Virus record (IMG/VR): IMGVR_UViG_3300011226_000001
Coordinates: 204,225-268,224 of that record
Direction: 5' to 3' (one strand)
Origin: a virus
Lineage: Duplodnaviria > Caudoviricetes
DNA: 64,000 nucleotides
This document shows, one piece after another, positions 19,034 through 27,069 of the stretch (the first letter of the stretch is position 1; every line of letters begins with the position of its first letter). The notes under the pieces were generated by a model. That model did no database searches. It worked only from the letters and a program-made list of their open reading frames with translations, and was not told the origin of the DNA. Both the position numbers and the translations under genes were made by a program.

Positions 19034-20929
19034 ATGTCTGACCACGCAACTTCTGGTGGCGTGAAGGATCAAGGTTATTTTGGGCTACTGTTAGACGGCA
19101 AAGCACCGCCGTCTATGCCTAACTTGATTCGTTCTGTACACGTCTACGAAAACACCTTTGCTTTACCCTGCGCTCTGATCATATTCTCTGACCAGACGAA
19201 CGTATTACGATCCACTCACGCGATTGTGGACGGCACTAAGATAACGATGGTGATGGGCCCTGATCAGGAATCAGCGTCAACGCTTACGTTCTCTGTATTC
19301 GCAGTCAGGGAGTACGGTGAAGGTGGCACACCGATGCTTAATGTGCTGTGTATTCTCGACGCACCTACCTTCATCTTCGATACCCGCAGCTTTAGCATAC
19401 GCGGTACTTCTATCGACGCTCTCAAACAAGTTGCATCGTTCGGCGGACTAACGCCTGACTTCGGTGACGTGCAGACCTCTGATATCATGAACTGGGTATC
19501 TGCTGCATCAAGCCCTAAGAAGTTCTGTCACGAAATCGAACAGCACATGTGGATATCGGAAGAAGCGCTGCCGAAGATGTTCATCACTGCTGACAAGCGC
19601 ATGGTCGTTCGTGATATAAACAAGCTATTCGAAGACGACCCGAAAGCGTATTGGCTATTCAACCACAAACCGACTGGCGATACTCCACTGTATAACTTGC
19701 ATGAGTTTCGTCCCAAGTCCATGAGTGGTGTGTTCAACGGTATGTCTAACTACGGCGAGAAGCTGTTATGGACAGACTCTGACGGTAAGACGAATGAGCT
19801 TTCGTCTGTGACTGTTAAGAGCACCGACCCGCTGAACATTAACAGCGACACTCGTGGTGATATTGCAGGTACACGCAAGCAATACGCTCGACCGACGAAC
19901 GATATCAACCTGCACGATAAATACCAACAGGCATACTACTCGAACAAGCGTCAATCAATGACGTACACTGAAACTGCTCGTGCGCTCATACTAGGTGGAT
20001 GCCCGGAAGTAGACCTGTTCGATATCGTTGACGTATCTGCTGGTGTGATTAACGGTCAGCGTCAAGTTGAAACCGATATCAAGGTGTCAGGCAAATGGCT
20101 TGTCATCGGACGTACCCGCGTATTCGTTGGCGGCATGTACAGTGAAGCATTCCTGTTGAGTCGTAACTTCACACCTGTTGAGGGTACGTCGAACATTGGC
20201 GGTGGATCGAACATCATTCAAACGCCTCTGTCTACTGTTGCTAATGTCCTGCGTCCGTTCCAGATTAACGCGAACATCAAACAGGCGCTCGACGGTTCGA
20301 ACCCTATTGACTGGATAGCGCAGCAGCACAACTTACAGCTTGATATCATGCTTGACCAGTTCCAGACTGATAGCGAGATGTTCAAGTTCCCTGAGCTGGC
20401 CGCTAAGTACGGTGAAGGTGTTGACTACCTGAACAGCCTGATGCAAGAGTTCAACATGGCCAAGTACCTAACAGGTATCTGTAACGTGCTGAACAGCCTT
20501 GAGAAGCTGAGTGTCAATCTGGCAATCAACTACAAAGGCAGCATACTCGGTGCACTTGCAGGACGCATCGACGCTATGGAAAACATGCTCAGTGGATTCA
20601 CAGGTGATGTGAACAGCTTGATCGCTAACGGTGATATCCCTGCTGAGTATCTTGATGGTCCTCAGATCAATCAGCGTTGTGTCAGTAACAAGATTGACGA
20701 CATGAACCGTATGTTGACTGATGCTCTGCCTGATAAGTGTCTGGATGCGTTGTCTATCAGCAAGCTGCTCGGACCAAGCACTAACCTTGCGCAACTCATT
20801 CGTCAGCAGGAAGAGAACCTGCGTAACTTCTTATGCTCTCTCGGTGACGGTACTGTTGACGGTTCAGGCAAGCACGGTACGCCTGACGGTGAGAAGCTCG
20901 AAATGTATTTACCACGGGTGAACAAATGA
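19034..20929 (+). CDS. baseplate hub protein (gp27-like) with C-terminal helical extension
   Basis: Directly precedes the spike gene; SGKWLVIG motif ends the hub-like part. Confidence 0.55.
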   Translation: MSDHATSGGVKDQGYFGLLLDGKAPPSMPNLIRSVHVYENTFALPCALIIFSDQTNVLRSTHAIVDGTKITMVMGPDQESASTLTFSVFAVREYGEGGTPMLNVLCILDAPTFIFDTRSFSIRGTSIDALKQVASFGGLTPDFGDVQTSDIMNWVSAASSPKKFCHEIEQHMWISEEALPKMFITADKRMVVRDINKLFEDDPKAYWLFNHKPTGDTPLYNLHEFRPKSMSGVFNGMSNYGEKLLWTDSDGKTNELSSVTVKSTDPLNINSDTRGDIAGTRKQYARPTNDINLHDKYQQAYYSNKRQSMTYTETARALILGGCPEVDLFDIVDVSAGVINGQRQVETDIKVSGKWLVIGRTRVFVGGMYSEAFLLSRNFTPVEGTSNIGGGSNIIQTPLSTVANVLRPFQINANIKQALDGSNPIDWIAQQHNLQLDIMLDQFQTDSEMFKFPELAAKYGEGVDYLNSLMQEFNMAKYLTGICNVLNSLEKLSVNLAINYKGSILGALAGRIDAMENMLSGFTGDVNSLIANGDIPAEYLDGPQINQRCVSNKIDDMNRMLTDALPDKCLDALSISKLLGPSTNLAQLIRQQEENLRNFLCSLGDGTVDGSGKHGTPDGEKLEMYLPRVNK

Positions 20930-21714
20930 TTCCACTCAATACAGTTAACGGGAAGAAGGGTATCGACCCGCAAATGGAATATGAGGCCATCGTTATAGAC
21001 AATAACGACCCTCAACAAATCGGTCAGATTCGTGCTCGTATCATGGGTCTGAGTGATGACATTGCCGACGAGATGATACCGTGGATTCGTCCCGCTGTTG
21101 GTCATCTCGAAGGACTGAAAGGTGGCTCTACAGGCGTTGTGTTCGGTGCGTCATTCATCCCGACTCGTGGTGCTAAGGTGAGCGTCAAGTTCCCTACAGG
21201 TCAGTTGCATGAGGGCATGTACACTACTAACGTGCGTATGACGAAAGCAGACATTCTGCCTGAGTTTCTCGTCAACTACCCGCATCGTATTGGTGTACGT
21301 CTGTCTACGGGTACGCAGTTAATCATCGACCGCATGACTAACGAACACTTCCTCGTTACGTCTGGTGATTTCCACATGACAATCATGGGTGATGTTAACC
21401 AAACGATTGTTGGCAACCAGCAGCTTATCGTCACTGGCACGAAGAATGATATTCCTGATTACATTCTGAATGACCCGACGATGACGCCTAAGAATCTAAA
21501 GCCTGACCCCAAGAAGCGTATCAAGTTTAAAGGTACTGCGAAGGGTGATGGTGGTAATCAGTATACCAAGATTACGGGCAACCAGACTGTTGAGATCGAA
21601 GGTAGTCGCAAGGTCACTGTTAAAGGCGATGACACGCTTGACGTTAAAGGTGCTGTGAGCATTGAAGCGGGTCAGGAAGTAACTGTAAATGGACAGACAA
21701 TCAACCTGAACTAA
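20926..21714 (+). CDS. baseplate central spike (gp5/gpV-like, no lysozyme domain)
   Basis: VIDNNDPQQIGQIRARI OB-fold start, IPTRGAKVSVKF, and C-terminal beta-helix repeats ending INLN. Confidence 0.85.
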   Translation: MIPLNTVNGKKGIDPQMEYEAIVIDNNDPQQIGQIRARIMGLSDDIADEMIPWIRPAVGHLEGLKGGSTGVVFGASFIPTRGAKVSVKFPTGQLHEGMYTTNVRMTKADILPEFLVNYPHRIGVRLSTGTQLIIDRMTNEHFLVTSGDFHMTIMGDVNQTIVGNQQLIVTGTKNDIPDYILNDPTMTPKNLKPDPKKRIKFKGTAKGDGGNQYTKITGNQTVEIEGSRKVTVKGDDTLDVKGAVSIEAGQEVTVNGQTINLN

Positions 21715-21724
21715 AGGACGCATC

Positions 21725-22450
21725 ATGCGCACTGTACTACAACGTGTTATGAACTTCGCATATCTGGACGGTGGGGTTCCTCGTGTCGTTACTGCCCGTG
21801 TTATGATTCAGCATCCGCTGGGTCTACAGGGCAGCGCACTACACGTTATGTCCAACATTGCTATGCAACGCACCAAGCTGTTCTTCATCAACGACGAAGA
21901 TGTTGAGATGCAGAGCGGTACCCTCGTAACTGATCACATTAGCTGGAAATTCAATGACCGCAGCGTTACAGCCATACCACGCGCCAAGAAAGACCCTTCG
22001 AACTATAGCTGCATCTGTTGTGCTATGGCTGACTACTTTGAGCGCTGTATGCAGAGCTGGCTGCGCAACCGTCGTGATGCGATTGATTTCATTACGGTGG
22101 ACGTTGTTGTTGCTGACCATGAAGATGCACAGTACATTGAAGATATCAAACCAGAGCTGGGATGCAACTTTTTCGAAGCGTCTGTCTTTGTGTTGGAAAC
22201 CTCTTCCAGTACGTGGTCTAACATGGGTGTGCTCATTACTGATAAGCAGCGCTTTTCTGGCCATACCATCTTTCTTGCGGAAAAAGGACGCGATACCGTC
22301 AGTTCATCGCATCTGCAAATCGACGTCACAGGTTTTAATCCTTACGGTGGCCCTGGTGATAACGGCAGTCTCTATAACGTCCTCGGCGATTTCACTGATA
22401 AGTTCGGTATTTTCAATGGCGTCCTTATGATTAAGGAGAACACCAAGTGA
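21725..22450 (+). CDS. hypothetical protein
   Basis: AAGGA RBS; 241 aa; no recognised motif. Confidence 0.55.
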   Translation: MRTVLQRVMNFAYLDGGVPRVVTARVMIQHPLGLQGSALHVMSNIAMQRTKLFFINDEDVEMQSGTLVTDHISWKFNDRSVTAIPRAKKDPSNYSCICCAMADYFERCMQSWLRNRRDAIDFITVDVVVADHEDAQYIEDIKPELGCNFFEASVFVLETSSSTWSNMGVLITDKQRFSGHTIFLAEKGRDTVSSSHLQIDVTGFNPYGGPGDNGSLYNVLGDFTDKFGIFNGVLMIKENTK

Positions 22451-22737
22451 CGTTTGATATCTGGTGTGGCTCTGTACCATCTGCGGCAGAAGCACAGCAC
22501 ATCTACGAGCTAATGGGAAGAACAATGAAGAAGGTGGGTAAACCCTTCTTCGCGCATACGCTTGTTATCTCAGGTCCTGCTGCTGACAGTGCATTCGATG
22601 CACTGTCTCATGCTGGCTGCAACGTGTCTAAGAAGCCTACCAAGCATCGTGTGAAACATGCTGTCGTTATCTCTGGACCTGCACCGCGTGACTTTATGCA
22701 GAATCGCAAGCAAGTGCTTAACTGTCCGCGCGACTGA
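22447..22737 (+). CDS. hypothetical protein
   Basis: AAGGAG RBS and GTG start overlapping the upstream stop. Confidence 0.55.
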   Translation: MTFDIWCGSVPSAAEAQHIYELMGRTMKKVGKPFFAHTLVISGPAADSAFDALSHAGCNVSKKPTKHRVKHAVVISGPAPRDFMQNRKQVLNCPRD

Positions 22738-22738
22738 C

Positions 22739-22746
22739 GCTAATTT
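22739..22746 (+). promoter_or_regulatory. GCTAATTT putative late-promoter motif
   Basis: Intergenic, 29 nt before ATG22770. Confidence 0.5.
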
Positions 22747-22769
22747 AGCTGAGACTATCGTATAAGGAG

Positions 22770-23276
22770 ATGTCCATGCTTTCGCTATCACAAGCGTGGG
22801 GCACAAAGTTTTTCCCCACCGCCGTCGAGCCTAAATCGCTCGCAACTCTTATCTTTGCCTCGGCTATGAATCTGACTGGCGCTCGCTCTCTTTCTGAGTC
22901 TGCGGTAGAACAGAATTGTCATCGCGCTGCGCAAGTGGCACGTCCGTTTGCAGAAGCCGCCGAGTTCATTCAGCGTGTCTACAACAAACACCCTAACTAC
23001 GAGATTGTTGTACTCGGTCAAGGTGGTATGGCATCGCATTCCGTTGTAGCAGACGAAGAAGGTCGCATCGTGTTTGACACGTATGAATCCTGTCGTCTGC
23101 AATACTTCCCTGGCTGCTCGTATTCGTACAACATGCCGGGATTCGTGAACGAGCTTTCGCCTCAGGCGCGCATGTCTCTTTATGAAGCGTATAAAGAGTT
23201 GCAGCAACAAGGTCTGTGGAAAGATAATGCTGGTTCGTGGGATGTTGACCTGCCACGGGGACTCGATTCATTATGA
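22770..23276 (+). CDS. hypothetical protein with N-terminal S-x-S motifs
   Basis: AAGGAG RBS; MLSLS and SLSESA motifs. Confidence 0.6.
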   Translation: MSMLSLSQAWGTKFFPTAVEPKSLATLIFASAMNLTGARSLSESAVEQNCHRAAQVARPFAEAAEFIQRVYNKHPNYEIVVLGQGGMASHSVVADEEGRIVFDTYESCRLQYFPGCSYSYNMPGFVNELSPQARMSLYEAYKELQQQGLWKDNAGSWDVDLPRGLDSL

Positions 23277-23731
23277 TGATCAACGTATCATTGTCTGCCA
23301 AACTGCCACACGAGAAGAAACCTCGTAAGCAGTCTGGCGTTATTCCTTACAGAAAGAGAAGTGATGGTACGGTCGAGCTGCTGCTGATTCGCACCACACA
23401 TGCTGGCAACTGGGGTCTGCCGAAAGGCGGAGTTGAAAAAGGAATGACGCCCCTCGACAGTGCGCTGAAAGAAGCTATGGAAGAAGCTGGTGTTCTCGGT
23501 AAGCCGAAAGACTTCGTAGATATCATGCGATACGTCAAAGGCAAAACCGGCCGTGCGCAACACGTTGAATGGTACATCATGAAGGTCAAGACTATGCTGA
23601 CCGAGTATGATGAAGCTCTGACGCGTGAACGCAAATGGTTTAAAGCTGATAAAGCTCTGCGCAAACTGGATAAGAAACTTCGTCCTATCGTAGAGCAAGC
23701 CCTGGACATTATCGACTCGTATGGCTTATAG
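23273..23731 (+). CDS. NUDIX hydrolase
   Basis: WGLPKGGVEKGMTPLDSALKEAMEEAGV is a Nudix box. Confidence 0.92.
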   Translation: MMINVSLSAKLPHEKKPRKQSGVIPYRKRSDGTVELLLIRTTHAGNWGLPKGGVEKGMTPLDSALKEAMEEAGVLGKPKDFVDIMRYVKGKTGRAQHVEWYIMKVKTMLTEYDEALTRERKWFKADKALRKLDKKLRPIVEQALDIIDSYGL

Positions 23732-24212
23732 TAGGCGCAAAGCTGAACCCATTCAGACTGCCGTGTTCAAGTCAATGAGCCGTCCTGATAAGACGGCCTT
23801 TCTTACAGAAGCTGCACAGCGCTACTGGATTGACAAACGCTATTCATGCCACATTGAACTTGGTTTGATTAAGCATGGTAACTTAAGGGCTGACGTGTTC
23901 TGCCTGAATACCAAATGCGATATGATTATCACTGAGGTAAAGAGTTGCTGGGCTGACTTCAACACCGACAAGAAGTGGCACAAGTATTTGCCTTTCTGTA
24001 TGCGCATGTACTTCATCATTGACGAACAACTGTTTGAATCGCACGGCGAACGCATCATTGACCGAATCAAAGAACTCGGTTGTGGTTTGATTGTCGTGAA
24101 TAAGTTCGGCTCTGCATCTGTCAGAAGCAACGCCAAGCGAAAGACAATGAAGAACGAAATCGTGGCGAAATTGCTCATTAAAGCCGCATGGCGTGGTGGG
24201 CGTTTTGCCTAA
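23721..24212 (+). CDS. MmcB-like PD-(D/E)XK nuclease family protein
   Basis: RADV...ITEVKSCWADFNTDKKWHKYLPFC. Confidence 0.8.
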   Translation: MAYSRRKAEPIQTAVFKSMSRPDKTAFLTEAAQRYWIDKRYSCHIELGLIKHGNLRADVFCLNTKCDMIITEVKSCWADFNTDKKWHKYLPFCMRMYFIIDEQLFESHGERIIDRIKELGCGLIVVNKFGSASVRSNAKRKTMKNEIVAKLLIKAAWRGGRFA

Positions 24213-24221
24213 GGACTCATT

Positions 24222-24836
24222 ATGAAACCAACCTATGTTTTAATTGAAGGCGGTGAAGGTGGCGGTAAGTCTACCGTATGTACTGCTCTGTCTGAGATAC
24301 TGACGCAACGCGGTATTAATACTCTGCGCTTACGTGAGCCTGGCGGTACGCCTTTGGCCGAGCACATCCGTGACGTTCTGCTGTCCAACTCGAATCCTCT
24401 TAATGAGGATATGGACCCTCGAACCGAACTGCTGCTGTTCCTTGCTGCACGTTCCTCGACGATGACTGCGTATGAGCGCATTCTCGCTAACGAACCTAAC
24501 ACGATCATCATCGCCGACCGAGGCTACCCATCCACCTATGTCTATCAGGCAGGTGAGTCTGACGTTAACGCGCACATCTATCAGCATACTTGGGAAGCAC
24601 TCGCTCCTGAGAATCGTCTGACCGTGCTGCTGACGTGTAGCTATGAAACTTCCATTGAACGCAGGAAGATTCGTATCGGCGGTGAAGACCGTATCGAGAA
24701 GCGTCAGACCAAAGAAGTGTACGAGCAATACAACCAACGCTACCTTGAAGTGCCTGGTGGTTTCGATCTGGTTATCGACACTGAGGTCAATTCAGTGTCT
24801 GATGTTGTTCGTCAAATTCTCGCCAGACTGTCATGA
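24222..24836 (+). CDS. tmk: thymidylate (dTMP) kinase
   Basis: IEGGEGGGKST P-loop; REPGGT, ELLLFLAAR, IADR and DRIE motifs. Confidence 0.92.
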   Translation: MKPTYVLIEGGEGGGKSTVCTALSEILTQRGINTLRLREPGGTPLAEHIRDVLLSNSNPLNEDMDPRTELLLFLAARSSTMTAYERILANEPNTIIIADRGYPSTYVYQAGESDVNAHIYQHTWEALAPENRLTVLLTCSYETSIERRKIRIGGEDRIEKRQTKEVYEQYNQRYLEVPGGFDLVIDTEVNSVSDVVRQILARLS

Positions 24837-25267
24837 ATTTAAGCCTGTTCTCGTCGATGCCAAAAGCTCGACAAGAGGCGGTACTGAAAAAGATTTGCGA
24901 AGACAACGCGTTCATCCCACAGTTCGAACAGCGATTTTTAACCATGTCGTTGTTCTCTGTTCGCAAGTCGCGTAATCAGAACACGGATGTTTTTTCGTAT
25001 CGCCCAACCAAAGGCCAGCACATGGCTGTTGGCTATAGGATTCAGTACGTCAAAGGTAAATACGTTGCTGAACCGTGGTGCTTCGTTGTCCCTGACGCAA
25101 TGAAGTCTACCGGCGAAGAGATTAACACTCGACCAGACAAAGCGCTTTACTTCGGGTCAATTGTACCTGACAGTCTGCTCGAACAGCACGGTACTCTTGC
25201 GTACAGCTTGATGCTGGGCAATCTTAACCTGCTCAAGCAGAACGCCTTCCGCATTGTTTCGTATTAG
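24833..25267 (+). CDS. hypothetical protein
   Basis: ATGA overlap with tmk; 144 aa. Confidence 0.55.
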   Translation: MNLSLFSSMPKARQEAVLKKICEDNAFIPQFEQRFLTMSLFSVRKSRNQNTDVFSYRPTKGQHMAVGYRIQYVKGKYVAEPWCFVVPDAMKSTGEEINTRPDKALYFGSIVPDSLLEQHGTLAYSLMLGNLNLLKQNAFRIVSY

Positions 25268-25275
25268 GGATTTAT

Positions 25276-27039
25276 ATGAACCTCATTAAAAAGCAGTCCT
25301 CGATCATTCGTGATCTGAGTATCATGCCGTTAACCGTCAGCCGAATTGGCGATGCGTTTGTTGGCCTTAGCTCCAGCAACGTTGCCTATGCTTGGCGTCA
25401 CGGTGAAATCTTTGACTTCGCTGCTGGTAGCGATGTACGCTTCGAATCACTGAATGCGAATACCATCGAACGTATCAGCGGCCTGAACTTTGCGGGTAAG
25501 CACGAAGATGTAGGTACAACCGTTTTCATGTCCAGCACAAGCGCCGTGCATCTGCATCTTGGCGATAAGCGCGAACCGTATTCTGTAGCGTCTTCATTCG
25601 ACCTGATGCCGGCCGTGCGTGACTTCGCTGCATCGCTGTCTAATACCGGTAAGGCAATGGAGATTGCTTCTGAGTCTGCCGGTGCTCGCACTTACGCTAC
25701 GTACACAGGTAAGAAAGTCGTTGTCGATGACGCTAACGACGAGTATGACCTTGAGCTGGAGAAGGGCGACAAGTACAGCATGGTTTATCTGAACCGTGAC
25801 CGCTATGAGTTGCGCCTGAAAGATGAACCGAAGATTGTGTTTATCGTTCGTGGTCATCTGCGTGTCGCTAACATCATTGGTCAGACTGAGTTCACTAAAC
25901 AGTTTGGCGCAATCGCTAACGACAAAGCAAACACGTTCCAGCCGGTCGGTGTTGTTGGTCGCAACATGGCTACGCCTTTGCAGATCAAGAAAGACACAGT
26001 TATCTACACGTACCGCAAGAAACACTATCTGCCGCAGAACCTTGTTGTTCCGCTTGAGAAGATTCTTGATGGTGCGTCACTGTCTAAGCTGATCGACAGC
26101 CTCAAGCCGGTTAAAGAAAACAAGCATATCGTCAAAGGTAAGCTGGTGGGTGTTAAGCTGCCGCCGCTAGCTGGCGGTAAGAAGATTGCTTCTGACCAAC
26201 CTATTAAGAAAAACGTGCAGGCTGTTTACGGTGCGTTCTTCCCTGTGTCTGCCTCTCAGCCTAACCGTAGTCGTGTTGTCTTCGGTAAGACCGTGAAAGA
26301 AGCGCAGACGAAAGCGGTTGAAGCTGTTAATCGCATGGCGGTGCCGACAGACTACTACCTGTTCAGTACAACCACCAGCGATGAATTGTATGACCTCGCT
26401 AAGGGTGGCTCTGTGTTGATTCGCGCTACCGGTGTGTTGCAGCATACGTATGCCAATGCGAAGCACGTATCGCTCGGCTACATGGACAACCAGACCGAAC
26501 TGCGTGATCCTGTGAAAGTAGGCGTGCCTGAGTTGCGTGTTGCTGCTATCAATCAGAACACGAAAGAGGTTGTCAAAGAAGTGCTGCGTCTTCTGACAGA
26601 AGGCTACTTCAACACAGGTCTGCATCTGTCTGTGCGTCAACCGGAAGAAGCAATCAGCTTCGAAGGTACATTTGACCCACGTACTCGCGATCAGCTTACT
26701 GGTATCGGCCGCCGCATCGCTGCGTATCTCAAGCAGAACGGTGTGAAGCTGGAGAACGGTATGATTCGCGCTGCGTTCGGACAGAAACGTGCAGAACTGC
26801 GATTCAAGCTGCCTACGCTTTCAGGCGCTGCTTTGCAATCTGTAAATAAGATTCAGACAGACGAACCAACTCTGAATGCTCCGATTTATGCGACCATCAA
26901 GCCTAAACAGCCGACTGTCGAAATCACTGCATTCAACCGCCACACTGGTTACGTGACTGTACGCGCTCAACGCGGTCCTGAACTGTACTCTGAGCCGTAT
27001 GAAACTTTATATTCGAATATTGAACGTAAAGCGTTCTAA
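25276..27039 (+). CDS. large hypothetical protein, probable processed internal head protein
   Basis: N-terminal ~135 aa has several S-x-S motifs ending at IASESAG, followed by the domain shared with the 3056 and 12076 ORFs. Confidence 0.6.
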   Translation: MNLIKKQSSIIRDLSIMPLTVSRIGDAFVGLSSSNVAYAWRHGEIFDFAAGSDVRFESLNANTIERISGLNFAGKHEDVGTTVFMSSTSAVHLHLGDKREPYSVASSFDLMPAVRDFAASLSNTGKAMEIASESAGARTYATYTGKKVVVDDANDEYDLELEKGDKYSMVYLNRDRYELRLKDEPKIVFIVRGHLRVANIIGQTEFTKQFGAIANDKANTFQPVGVVGRNMATPLQIKKDTVIYTYRKKHYLPQNLVVPLEKILDGASLSKLIDSLKPVKENKHIVKGKLVGVKLPPLAGGKKIASDQPIKKNVQAVYGAFFPVSASQPNRSRVVFGKTVKEAQTKAVEAVNRMAVPTDYYLFSTTTSDELYDLAKGGSVLIRATGVLQHTYANAKHVSLGYMDNQTELRDPVKVGVPELRVAAINQNTKEVVKEVLRLLTEGYFNTGLHLSVRQPEEAISFEGTFDPRTRDQLTGIGRRIAAYLKQNGVKLENGMIRAAFGQKRAELRFKLPTLSGAALQSVNKIQTDEPTLNAPIYATIKPKQPTVEITAFNRHTGYVTVRAQRGPELYSEPYETLYSNIERKAF

Positions 27040-27069
27040 AATCTGTAAATAAAAATTGCAGATAGTAAT

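Noticed and set aside
25000-25008. 9-nt complement (TCGCCCAAC) to the repeated RNA loop as an antisense target
   Set aside because: A 9-nt match is within chance expectation for 64 kb.
26991-27030. GAGCCGTATG resembling the start of group II intron domain V
   Set aside because: Inside a CDS, with no complementary 3' arm and no maturase nearby.
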